Part shown: positions 28,101 to 36,838 of the stretch, one piece after another | How positions within the stretch are numbered: position 1 is the first letter of the stretch | How the letters are laid out: each line of letters opens with the position of its first letter | DNA from: a virus | Length of the DNA stretch: 64,000 nucleotides | Reading direction: 5' to 3' (one strand) | IMG/VR virus record: IMGVR_UViG_3300043444_000196 | Location: 3,499 to 67,498 of that record | Program-made: the position numbers and the translations under genes | Notes under the pieces: model-generated | Database searches by the model: none | What the model saw: only the letters and a program-made list of their open reading frames with translations | Told to the model about the DNA's origin: nothing

Positions 28101-31100
28101 GCGTCGTGCTCTTTGCGAATGGCGTTCTGTACATCAGCCGGGGCGTTATTGAACGCAATCGCCTGAATCATGTGCCCCAGCTCGTGGGTGATTACTTCGA
28201 TCGACTTGCCCTCCGACATACCGGCCTTGAACGAGATGTAAAAGTCCCGCTTCTCTGGGCCCATCGTCTGCGTGGAGCCGTCCTCCGTCTCGCTAGAACC
28301 AGCGCTTTGAGTGGTAGCAAAGGACTTGTACAGCTTGTACTTGTCGATGGCGCCCGGGGCGCGCACGTCTTCAGGGTGCACCAAGAACACGCGAACATCG
28401 CCTAAGCCCATAGACCGCATGAGATTTTGTAGGAAGTCTGCGTACCGTTGGTCAACCGACTCCGACTTGGCGACGTTGGTAGTCGCACCCGTGAAGGGCC
28501 CATTAGGGCTCTTGGCAGCGCGCTGGCTTTCGGCGAATACCGCTTTGGCGCGAGCGTCCAGTAGGCGACCCTTCTGCGCTTCCGTGAACAAGTTTCCCGA
28601 ATAGCGCTCAATATCCCACCGGGTATAAGTCCCATTGCGGTTCATGGCAACGTACACTTGATCACCAACGCTGTTTAGCCCGCGCACGAGGGAGACTTCC
28701 TCATCTGCGTAGACTGCAACAAACCCGACCTCGTCGTACTCTTTGGCCCACGGCTCAAGCACCAGCCCATCCGGGCTCATAGGGGTACTGAAGTCCAGCT
28801 CAGGCTGTGCAGCTTCTGCCTCGATCTCAGCGTCAATGTCTGCGAACAGGTCGCGGATGTCTTCGCCAGTGCCAGTGTCGGCAGCGGATTCTTCTAGGTA
28901 GCGTCGGGCGCGCGCGTCGTCGATCGGTTGGATCAGCAGCTGCGGGCCACGGATGACTTTGCCAGTCTTGGGGTCGATGCCAACCGGCTCATAGAACGCG
29001 TCGTTCTTGCGGGGCACGAACGGCTTCTTGGCCTTGGGCTCTTCCGCACGCACAGCGGGTGCGGCAGGGGCTTGTTGTTTCGGACGGTTGCGCAACTCAG
29101 CAGCCTGCAGGGCACGCTCGAACTCGGGGTACTTGGCGACGTTGGACCCAATGAACTCACCCACTGCGTCTTTGTCTGGATGCTCCGCAGAACGCTGGAT
29201 GGCCACCAGCTCATCCATGGCGGCATTGAACTCGGCTTGCGTGCGGGCACGCTCCAACCGCTGCACAGCAGCAGGCTTGGGTGCCTCGGGCAGCGGGGCT
29301 TCTTTTACTGCAGCTGGCTGTGCTCTTTCAGTTGCATCTCGTTGTCCAACAGGTTCTCCAGCAGGTACCAATCCGCTGCTGACAGGTCCTTCAGTTCCAA
29401 TGGGGGTTCCGGTATCTGCGACGGGGACAGCAGTGGGTTGTACTCCGGCAGGCTCGCTAGGTACTGCCACGCTAGGCTCACTTGCTCTGGGCTCAGGTCG
29501 CTGTTCAGCTTTAGGAATAGGGGCCTTCGGGACACGTGGTTTCTCCTCAGTAAATGGCGCGGCTTGCGGAGCCAGCAGCTCGCGCAGAATCTTGGCGCGC
29601 TTGCCCTTGCCTTCCAACAGGCTCGGGTTTTTGGTCACCAGCTGCTGCACTTCATCCTGCGTTTTGCCGGCTACGTTCTGCTCGAACCAGCCACGGGTTG
29701 TGCTCGGGGCGATGCCGGTGTTCTCCACGTCCTGCATGGTGAACGTAGTGGGCGTCGGCTGCGCGCGCAGCGGCAGCTTGTATTGATACGGGCCTGTTCG
29801 GGCATAGGGCGGCACCGGGGTGGGTGCGCTCGGCTCCATAGGTTCAGCGGCTGCAGGGGTAATTGCAGCAGGCTCGCCACCAAACAAGTCGCCTTGAGTG
29901 CGGGCTTTGACCTCATCAGATTGGGCCATGAGCTCGGGGGCATTGGCCAGAGCCGGGAACGTCTCACGTCCACGGGCGTCTTTTGCAGCCTGCTCAGCTT
30001 CCGTGGCGGCCTGCGCACGGCGCTCGGCCACGCTCATTTCTTCGTAGCTGCTGATCTGGTCTGACAGGTCGGCCACGCGCTGCTTGACTTCAGGGGTCTG
30101 CTCGGCCTGCTTGAGACGCTCGCGCTCCAGATACAGTTGCTCAATCTCACGCTGGAAGTCGAGGCCAAGGTCCATCTGACCTTCGGTAGTAGCGGCTGCC
30201 GGTTCGGTAATAGCTTGCTCAGCTGCGGTAGTAGCAGGAGCTCGGCCCACGCCCATCTCAGCAGGGGTGAACATCTCGCCTTGGGCGCCCGGCTCTGCTC
30301 CGGGTTTTTCCTGTGCGGGTAGTCGCGACCCATAACTGCGCCCGGGAATTGCCATATCCAGCAGAACACTGGCGATCGCGCCCACACCAGCGCCGTAGGC
30401 ACCTTCTTCACCGGCACTCTCCAAAAGTGCTTGGTCAGGCTTGTATACGCCTTTGGCGATCAAGTTTTGTGCGATGGCCTGTGCAGCTTCCGTGGCACCT
30501 TCCACACCGCCCGACACCAAAGCGCGGCGAACCACGCTCAGCGACTTGCCCACCCCACCGGGGAGCGCAGCCAACGCCATGTCGATGGCCGTATCAAATG
30601 CGCCCGGGATGGTACCTGCGGCAGTGGCAGTGCCACGCTCTTCAGCGGTAGCGCCAGCTTGTTCAGCACGGACACGGGCTTCGCCAGCACCAGAGGCCAG
30701 ACCCACACCGACGCCAGCGGCGACGCCGGGCAAACCCAAAAAGCCAAGGGGGGCTACGGGTAGGATAGAGCCAAGGCCTTCACCGATACGCCGGCCAACC
30801 GAGTCCTCGTAGCCTTCAGCAGCTGCAAATGGTTTCTTGGCGGCGCCAGCGATCGACGCGATCTTCTCGCGTACGGCGGGTTCCATTTCATCGGGGAGGA
30901 GCGCAGAAGCGCCAGTGGCCGCAGACTCCAGCAGCCCGACAGCCCCGGGCAGAACGCCCTTGACTGCTTCTTTGATGTTGCCACCGACAGTTGTTTCGGG
31001 GGCGGCGCGACCCGCTTCAGGGTGCTGCGCCATGACCGCTTGCGCGACCTCCGCATCACTTGCCCCCGGGGGGCCTTCAATCTCGTAGGTTTGTCCGTTG

Positions 31101-31126
31101 GGGGCTGTGATGCGGTAGAGTGGCAT
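25103..31126 (-). CDS. Large internal virion/ejection protein (polyvalent-type, HExxH domain, LPD38-like C-terminus)
   Basis: 2007 aa, last late gene; ITHELGH..EWFAD zincin-like; IPFFNAYIQG and PGELGALFKVIPER motifs. Confidence 0.75.
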   Translation of the reverse strand: MPLYRITAPNGQTYEIEGPPGASDAEVAQAVMAQHPEAGRAAPETTVGGNIKEAVKGVLPGAVGLLESAATGASALLPDEMEPAVREKIASIAGAAKKPFAAAEGYEDSVGRRIGEGLGSILPVAPLGFLGLPGVAAGVGVGLASGAGEARVRAEQAGATAEERGTATAAGTIPGAFDTAIDMALAALPGGVGKSLSVVRRALVSGGVEGATEAAQAIAQNLIAKGVYKPDQALLESAGEEGAYGAGVGAIASVLLDMAIPGRSYGSRLPAQEKPGAEPGAQGEMFTPAEMGVGRAPATTAAEQAITEPAAATTEGQMDLGLDFQREIEQLYLERERLKQAEQTPEVKQRVADLSDQISSYEEMSVAERRAQAATEAEQAAKDARGRETFPALANAPELMAQSDEVKARTQGDLFGGEPAAITPAAAEPMEPSAPTPVPPYARTGPYQYKLPLRAQPTPTTFTMQDVENTGIAPSTTRGWFEQNVAGKTQDEVQQLVTKNPSLLEGKGKRAKILRELLAPQAAPFTEEKPRVPKAPIPKAEQRPEPRASEPSVAVPSEPAGVQPTAVPVADTGTPIGTEGPVSSGLVPAGEPVGQRDATERAQPAAVKEAPLPEAPKPAAVQRLERARTQAEFNAAMDELVAIQRSAEHPDKDAVGEFIGSNVAKYPEFERALQAAELRNRPKQQAPAAPAVRAEEPKAKKPFVPRKNDAFYEPVGIDPKTGKVIRGPQLLIQPIDDARARRYLEESAADTGTGEDIRDLFADIDAEIEAEAAQPELDFSTPMSPDGLVLEPWAKEYDEVGFVAVYADEEVSLVRGLNSVGDQVYVAMNRNGTYTRWDIERYSGNLFTEAQKGRLLDARAKAVFAESQRAAKSPNGPFTGATTNVAKSESVDQRYADFLQNLMRSMGLGDVRVFLVHPEDVRAPGAIDKYKLYKSFATTQSAGSSETEDGSTQTMGPEKRDFYISFKAGMSEGKSIEVITHELGHMIQAIAFNNAPADVQNAIRKEHDAWLQSTKGKSGRELVQMLRNRETADTQMLSVPESKTAEQMGDDYWRSFKEWFADNTSRWASTSEKPVSITEKFFARVAQMLRDLVATVTGRKYPPNKLVAEFLDAMGPGSAALWMTGTDMAVQPSGRAEFSVSASTESLVDSMGELDPQTKRSLKDLITGFKQQDELGYAVKFRTQTADAAATIEHRLREQFDGAVRDSMGKLNPMGLYRQAQDYTKTLLEFFQTGGLTKDDATGLWVVENKAGVRPPSEVYALIDAWGAKNGYSRERATQIASRIMEGVRLDAMRTANKTQGTGFLLHLKDNEIDQLVAEYKADPDLQAMSKAMDESRLAMVDNMVAVGRLTPETGEVWKETVGYVPFDRLEDEKFITNFSKVKKVSNKGIAQVGKLPELVGSLNRPVGNVFDNYLNTLGWMVGQTMKTDGTVQTLRSLEKLGFANFLGRSSQQKPNTVDGYVNGERMYWELPSKYDVLAFKDLNPPKTGWLRNLGKFSNVLRKSVTALPPFALKQVTDDVQRAIMTSGVKNPGALLRMSLSNFGGLAFAELRGIQHPSVKQFGRMGLTGEYDFEAGKPATSLLKDLGYKKRGKFETLMHRLDGITRASDLAVRKAIYDQTLKETNDQLLAQTRAREFINFRRRGASDFVGAMVTTIPFFNAYIQGMDVLYRAASGKDSSSSVGRAQARRMFWSRAATVMMLSSLYALGAGDDEDYQEMDLRTRDSNWILPGGFKLPVPGELGALFKVIPERVVEYMRRQGTPEEQTAWEATRTGLSYIFEQYVGRVTPVPQAVKPLLEAWTNYSFFTGRELEGIYQKQQDPSQRRASNTSELAIAIANFARDVVGVDKVSPILVDNALNGYFGSTAGLLVAATDSLLNPTRVDRPLHKWALVSNYMYDPVGTRRMTEFYEEREKVGRANATLNELAKTDMDKAADYAEKNADILMLESAVNSTLEQLERTRAYRKYLNSPLGAEGMPKDAREAELQELRKIEVELTGWLREAKASLR
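29305..29535 (-). CDS. Overprinted 76-aa gene nested in the ejection protein gene
   Basis: GAGGAG 7 nt before GTG; codons mostly G/C-ending in this frame. Confidence 0.6.
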   Translation of the reverse strand: MSRRPLFLKLNSDLSPEQVSLAWQYLASLPEYNPLLSPSQIPEPPLELKDLSAADWYLLENLLDNEMQLKEHSQLQ

Positions 31127-31131
31127 GGTCG

Positions 31132-32643
31132 TTACGGGTTAACTACTGAGGCTTTGCCCCAGCCAGACATGGTTCCGCCGGGGCTTGGCGCGCCGGGGGC
31201 TCCCCCCATTGTACCGAGACCTGCCATTTGCGCAATCCGTGCGTTGACTTGGGCCAGCTGCGCGTTGATGGATGCGCGCATCTCTTTGTTGAACTCCGTC
31301 TTGAGCTGGTTCTGCAAGTTGGTCTGCAGGGCTTTGAGTTCGTTGAGAGTCTGCTTGTCGCCACCCCCATCGCGGGCACCCGCCAGCATGGCGGTACGCT
31401 GCATGCTGCCAGCTTCGGTGACTTGGGTCTTGTAGATACCAGACGCAATCTCGGCACTCTTGCCGGTGATGTCCATAATACCCTTGACGCCAACCTCGCG
31501 GGCCTTGGCCAGTCTGGCGTCGGCTTTGTCCTCGAAGTCACGGGCAGTCTTCCAATCGTCGCGCTCTTCTGCGCGGCGGGCGTTCTCGATGTCGGCAAAC
31601 GCTTTCTGGCGCTCCTTGGCGGCTTTCTTCAGGTCCTTCATGGCGCCGGTGTACTCGCCCAGACCTTCCATGGCACCCTTGCCGATGTTTGCGAATGCGT
31701 TGGGGGAAGTTCCAGACATCATGGCCAGTCCGGCCTTGAGGACGGCTACGCCCGTGGCTTCGTCACGCTCTTTGGCTGCGCCAGCTTCCTCTTGCTGCAG
31801 CATTTCCTCGAACTTGGAATACGCCTTGCCTTCGGGCTTGCCCTCCAGACGGCGCTTACGAGCGGCCTCGACTGCGGCTTTCTCTTCCTGCTGATACTTC
31901 TCAAGGTCGTCGCGCATGCTCTTGGTGTCGTAGAACTGCTCAGCGGTTTGCTGGGCGCCTTTGACAGACGGAGCACCGATACCAGCGCCTTTGAGCGCGG
32001 CAGCTTCGGGAGTAGCACCAAGTCCGCCTGCGGCAGCTGGCGTACCCTGCGAACCCGGTGCACCTTGGGTTTCATACGCACTGCGACGAGTGGCCGTAGC
32101 GGGGTCATAAGGAACGTCTGATGCCGGGGCCGGAGAGTCTTTGCTCAGCCCGTAGCCGGGAGCGCTAACCAATGTCTTGCCCAAATCGCTCAGGCCGCCA
32201 ACTACAGCACTGCCCAGTCGACTCATCTGCTCGCTGTACGGCATGGTGCTGTTACCAGCGGCTTCAATTGCGGCGAGGCGTTCCGCCTCTTCGCGCGCCG
32301 CGCGCTCACGGTTCTCACGATTCATGCGATCGTACGGAGTTTCGTACGTCTTGCCGCCTTCTGCGAACGCCACAATGCCGCCACCGGCAAAGTCCATGTC
32401 CTGCACGGGGAGCTGGTCCACACCGCCACCCATCTCCATCAGAGCTTGGTCGGCTACTTTAGGCTGGGGCTGGGCAGCGGGGTTCTGCATGGCGCCAGCG
32501 GCGCGCATCTGCTTACGGCGACGGGATTCCGACACTGCCAGAGCCATGATGTAAGGGTCATCCTTGTGCATCATGGCGTACTTCTGCAGCGAAGCATCTG
32601 GCATCATGGCCAGTTGCGAGGTGATCTGTTCGACGTTCATCAT
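31132..32643 (-). CDS. Internal virion/ejection protein
   Basis: Helical, Ala/Gly-rich; position in the ejection cluster. Confidence 0.7.
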   Translation of the reverse strand: MMNVEQITSQLAMMPDASLQKYAMMHKDDPYIMALAVSESRRRKQMRAAGAMQNPAAQPQPKVADQALMEMGGGVDQLPVQDMDFAGGGIVAFAEGGKTYETPYDRMNRENRERAAREEAERLAAIEAAGNSTMPYSEQMSRLGSAVVGGLSDLGKTLVSAPGYGLSKDSPAPASDVPYDPATATRRSAYETQGAPGSQGTPAAAGGLGATPEAAALKGAGIGAPSVKGAQQTAEQFYDTKSMRDDLEKYQQEEKAAVEAARKRRLEGKPEGKAYSKFEEMLQQEEAGAAKERDEATGVAVLKAGLAMMSGTSPNAFANIGKGAMEGLGEYTGAMKDLKKAAKERQKAFADIENARRAEERDDWKTARDFEDKADARLAKAREVGVKGIMDITGKSAEIASGIYKTQVTEAGSMQRTAMLAGARDGGGDKQTLNELKALQTNLQNQLKTEFNKEMRASINAQLAQVNARIAQMAGLGTMGGAPGAPSPGGTMSGWGKASVVNP

Positions 32644-33956
32644 GCTACATCGCCCCCCATCATTTCGGCAATCGCCAAATCCATCAGGCCGTTGGACGGC
32701 GTGTCCACACTACCGCCTTCAGCCATCAATTTGCTCGCACCATACGCAGCGGTGCCCAGACCGGCCAGCTGAGAAATGGGGGACGCCTCCGCGCCGTACA
32801 GCGTTTGAACGGTACCCATCGGGGTGCCGCGCAGGATGTTCGACATGAACTCCAGCTGCTGGTACGGATACTTCTGCTGGTTGAGGAAGTCCTGATACTG
32901 TTGCGACAAGACATTCTGCTGCTGGGCCTGCTGTTGCTGACCCATCTGATTCTGCAGGTTGATGATGTCTTGATTCTGAGCGAACTGCTGCTGGCCGATG
33001 TTGGCCAACTGACCGGCACCGGTAAGGGCCGTCTGCAGACCTTGCAAGCCGAGACCTGCGCCGTACTGGCGCGACTGCTCCGCCAACTGCTGAGCGTTTT
33101 GGAAGGCTTGTTGGTTGGCCTGCTGCGCAGCCAGACCTTGAGTAGCGCCCAGATTCTGCACGCCCAAGAGTGCCTGCAGGTTGGCTTGGCCGGTCGTGAG
33201 ACCTGCCTGTTGGTTGGCCTGCTGCGCAGCCAGACGCGCTTGCTGCTCGGCGTTGAACTGCTGTTGGGCTGCGTTGAACGCGGCTTGCGAACCTTGCGCT
33301 TGGATGTCCCCGAGCTGCTGGCCCAGATTGCGCTGGCGCTCAGCTTCTACGATGGCCTGACGGGAGCCACCAAAAGCCCCAGCGCCCACAGCCTGCGCCT
33401 GCTGCTGATTACGCAAGATGTCGGACTGACGCGAGGCTTCGCGCTTTTGGATGTCCACTACATTCTGCATGTAGGGGTTCATATAGGACTCGGCAGCGCC
33501 GGGTTGGACGAACGACTGCGTGCGCACCTGCTGGGCCGGACCCATCTGGAAGTTCTGCAAGCCCGGGGCCTGCACGCTCATCATCGACGCTTGGTAGGGG
33601 TTGAAGTTGCTGCCAGCACCCAGCGCTTGGCCTGCGGCCTGCCCGGCGATGCCAGTGGCGGCAGCCATCTGGGGGGCGTTTGTCAGGTTACCCGCAGCCG
33701 TTTGTGCTTGGGTCTGCAGCCCAGAGAAGTCTGCAATACGCTGCCCACCATACGTCTGGTATGGGTTTTGGTTAACGTCAGTCAACGCAGCGGCTTGGCC
33801 GAGCGTGTCCTTGGCATAGGGTTTAGCCCAGTCCGGCAGATCGGAGACCTGCGTTTGGGTAGGACTGCCGCCACCGCCGCCAGAGTCAAAAACTCGACGA
33901 ACAGACGTAACACGACCGCCTTCGCCATAGCCGCTAAATTTGTTCGGGATAATCAT
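32640..33956 (-). CDS. DNA pilot/ejection protein
   Basis: Gln/Ala-rich, GAFGGSR motif, hydrophobic Gly-rich C-terminus. Confidence 0.75.
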   Translation of the reverse strand: MIIPNKFSGYGEGGRVTSVRRVFDSGGGGGSPTQTQVSDLPDWAKPYAKDTLGQAAALTDVNQNPYQTYGGQRIADFSGLQTQAQTAAGNLTNAPQMAAATGIAGQAAGQALGAGSNFNPYQASMMSVQAPGLQNFQMGPAQQVRTQSFVQPGAAESYMNPYMQNVVDIQKREASRQSDILRNQQQAQAVGAGAFGGSRQAIVEAERQRNLGQQLGDIQAQGSQAAFNAAQQQFNAEQQARLAAQQANQQAGLTTGQANLQALLGVQNLGATQGLAAQQANQQAFQNAQQLAEQSRQYGAGLGLQGLQTALTGAGQLANIGQQQFAQNQDIINLQNQMGQQQQAQQQNVLSQQYQDFLNQQKYPYQQLEFMSNILRGTPMGTVQTLYGAEASPISQLAGLGTAAYGASKLMAEGGSVDTPSNGLMDLAIAEMMGGDVA

Positions 33957-34381
33957 TTGGCCACCTCAAAAAACTTTTGGTACATCACACTCTGCACCTC
34001 ATACCCGTACTTTTTGGCGGTATCGCGCCAACCCGGACGGCCCACAAATTCAATACCAGCGCAACCAGCATCGGCTGCAAACTGGGCAGCGACGCGCTGC
34101 ATCTCATCTTCAATCTGTTCCAGCGACCCCGGCGCCATGGCGCAATACTGAATGGTCAGCATTTTGCACTGCGGGTACTGCTTGATCTCGGTCATCACGT
34201 GCCCGTGAACGACACCCTCTTCATGCACCGCCCAGAGCTGCATGGCACCTGTAAGGGCAAACCGCAGCAGGTCATCGGCAGTTACACGCCCCCGGGCCCA
34301 CTGTTCAGACTCTCGAATAAACGGGAGTACGTGCGGCACTACGTCCGCCAGCTTGCCAACAGGGATCAGCGTGATGTTCAT
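33953..34381 (-). CDS. GNAT-like protein of the ejection cluster
   Basis: QLW..., AGCAGIEFVGRPGW; position analogous to T7 gp13. Confidence 0.65.
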   Translation of the reverse strand: MNITLIPVGKLADVVPHVLPFIRESEQWARGRVTADDLLRFALTGAMQLWAVHEEGVVHGHVMTEIKQYPQCKMLTIQYCAMAPGSLEQIEDEMQRVAAQFAADAGCAGIEFVGRPGWRDTAKKYGYEVQSVMYQKFFEVAK

Positions 34382-36162
34382 GCAGGTAGCATTTTCTCAG
34401 CTTTTGAGTCTTTCGCAACCTTATCTTTTCCGACGGTATTGGCTCGGGCTTTCTGGATACGGTCCATCATGGCGTACAGCTTACGTGCGCCAGCTTCCGA
34501 GGAGCCATTGCCCAGCTCAGAAACGATGCGAGCTGGCACCACAAACTCACCATCAGCCAGACGTGCAGGCTGCTTGCCGTTGATCGTAGCGGGGATGGAA
34601 TCAGATACGCCATCACCCGGGCCGCGCAGGAAGGTGCCTTTGGCGTAGCCGATAGGACCGCCAGCAGCGTTGCCCTCACCGCCGGAATCACCGCCACTGT
34701 AGCTATCTGCACTATACGCAGCGTCGGCATCCGCAGCCGTCATGGCAGCGCCCGTACCATCAATACCCCCGTAACCACCGAACCCGGTATCCGAACCCAT
34801 GTTCACGACTGGTACACCGCCGTACGGCTGTGCTTGATTACCAACCAGAGCGCCAATACCCTGAGCGGCGGCGTTAATCATGGAGCCGGGAGCCAGCATG
34901 CCAATGATGTTCGAGACGTTTTGCATACGCGCATCGCGCGCAGCAGGGGTTTCTGCGTCCAAGAAGGCAGCCGTACGGGGGTCAAGCCCCGCGCTAATAC
35001 CACCAGACGTGGTGGTAGCCATGATCGGTGCTACAGCACCGATGGGTGCCGCGGCTTCTTTTTTCTTGTATTGACGTGTGACGGGATCAAATTCGTAGTC
35101 AACGGTTCCGCCGTCAGCAAACTGCTGGCCACCATTGGCCAAGAGCGTGAGCTGCTCGTTACGATCCGACATAGCCCCGACAGGACCACCGTCAGCCAAA
35201 CGGGTATACGCAGGACGGAAATACGTACGTTCGCCGGTAGCGTGGCCAGTGTAGCCTTCTTCGGGGTTCTGTACACGACCGGGGCTGTAAGTGAACTTGG
35301 ACTGTTCGGTGTCCGGGGTGTACCCTGCCTGCTGAGGCGTTGCCATCAGCGCGGGTGCGGCAGCAGCCAGACCGTAGCGCAAGTTCTCGCCAGTCATGAG
35401 TTGGGATGGGTTTTGCATGATCCCACTGATGCCCTTACCAATACGGTCAGGCGCGCTTGCCAACTTATCGGCGAACGATGCGTCATTAATCCCCATCTGC
35501 TGCTTGGCAGCATCCGCCATAGCTTGATTACGCGCAGCGTAGTCAACAGGCATCTGCGTTACCGGTGCTGGAGATGGTGTGGGCACTGCGGCCACAGGGG
35601 GTGTGAACGATGGCGGAGGTGTTAGCCCAACGGAGCTACCGCCAAACCCGGGAATGCCAGTCACCTGTGCGGGGGTAGCCGCAGCAGCGCCTTGCCCAGC
35701 TACAGACCCGAGCTGTTCAGCCCCAGCCCCAAAACCACCTTGCATAGCAGCCGTTGTGCCGTCGATACCGCCCGCTAGGGGGGCGGCTTCCATAGCTGCG
35801 CCAGCACCAGCGCCCAACACACTACCCATCATGCCTGCGCCGCCATAGGCACCGAGACCGGCCATCAAACCTTTCTTCAGGTCACCCGAAATGAGGGTAC
35901 CCGCTGCACCGGTCATCAAACCAATCGCCAAAGGAGAGCCAACACCCGAGGCCATCAAGCCCGCGCCAATCACGGTTGGCAGGATGTTCGACAAGAAGCC
36001 TGCTTCAGCCAGACCCGTTTCCGGGTTGATCGTCAGAGAGCCGCCATGAGCTTTTGCAAGTGCTTGCAGACCCGCCACTTCATTGGGGGCCATGTGGACA
36101 AGCTGTGTATCCGGGCCACGGCCCTTGGAAGCTAGATGGTTTGCGGCGATTTGCAGGCTCAT
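34378..36162 (-). CDS. Internal virion protein
   Basis: GRGPDTQLVH..TINPETGLAE; GPGDGVSDSIPA..RLADGEFV; GGAGG RBS. Confidence 0.75.
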   Translation of the reverse strand: MSLQIAANHLASKGRGPDTQLVHMAPNEVAGLQALAKAHGGSLTINPETGLAEAGFLSNILPTVIGAGLMASGVGSPLAIGLMTGAAGTLISGDLKKGLMAGLGAYGGAGMMGSVLGAGAGAAMEAAPLAGGIDGTTAAMQGGFGAGAEQLGSVAGQGAAAATPAQVTGIPGFGGSSVGLTPPPSFTPPVAAVPTPSPAPVTQMPVDYAARNQAMADAAKQQMGINDASFADKLASAPDRIGKGISGIMQNPSQLMTGENLRYGLAAAAPALMATPQQAGYTPDTEQSKFTYSPGRVQNPEEGYTGHATGERTYFRPAYTRLADGGPVGAMSDRNEQLTLLANGGQQFADGGTVDYEFDPVTRQYKKKEAAAPIGAVAPIMATTTSGGISAGLDPRTAAFLDAETPAARDARMQNVSNIIGMLAPGSMINAAAQGIGALVGNQAQPYGGVPVVNMGSDTGFGGYGGIDGTGAAMTAADADAAYSADSYSGGDSGGEGNAAGGPIGYAKGTFLRGPGDGVSDSIPATINGKQPARLADGEFVVPARIVSELGNGSSEAGARKLYAMMDRIQKARANTVGKDKVAKDSKAEKMLPA

Positions 36163-36178
36163 AATACCTCCAAGTTTA

Positions 36179-36838
36179 TCAGGGGGACGGCGGTGTCGGC
36201 AAGACAGCTGGCAGTGGTGCGACAAAGTTAACCGTCATCACAGACGATGGGATTCCCGGGTGGGGGCTTGAGGCGGTAGATGCGCCTAGGTTCAACGAGG
36301 TGTCGGACGCTGAGGACATCAGCTCAATATACTGCCCCGCCTGCAGGTCAATATCGAACGAGAACGATATAGGCGCATAGGTACCGCTTCCAGAAATACT
36401 GTACGCCCGGGTCGAGTACCCGATGTCTGTACCGTCGCGGCTAATCCACAAGAAGAAGTTTTTTGCGCTGCTGTTTGTGCTCTCAAGCTGCCCGCTGTAC
36501 TGGAAGTTGTAGATTCCGCTAACTGTGACTTCGATTTTGCTGGTACTGCCGGACTGCAATACCACGGCATTATTCAGATATGTCTGGTTGTATACGATCG
36601 CGTACGCTGTATTAGCCACCGCAAAAGTCTGGTCAGCCGTATTGAAAAACAGCCCGTTAGGGCAGTCGACGTGTTGACCGCCGTTTGTACCGATAACCGC
36701 CCGAAGTGCGTTGTCCAGCTGGTTGAAGTACAGACGCAGAATGTCCTCGAACTGATTTTGGAAGCGCTCGTCGTACTCACGCCCCGGGGTTGGCATCCGG
36801 GGAGGGGGAGACAGCTGCAGCTGATTACGCGTTGTCAT
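36179..36838 (-). CDS. Virion structural protein
   Basis: Coupled to the nozzle gene; beta-rich C-domain. Confidence 0.65.
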   Translation of the reverse strand: MTTRNQLQLSPPPRMPTPGREYDERFQNQFEDILRLYFNQLDNALRAVIGTNGGQHVDCPNGLFFNTADQTFAVANTAYAIVYNQTYLNNAVVLQSGSTSKIEVTVSGIYNFQYSGQLESTNSSAKNFFLWISRDGTDIGYSTRAYSISGSGTYAPISFSFDIDLQAGQYIELMSSASDTSLNLGASTASSPHPGIPSSVMTVNFVAPLPAVLPTPPSP

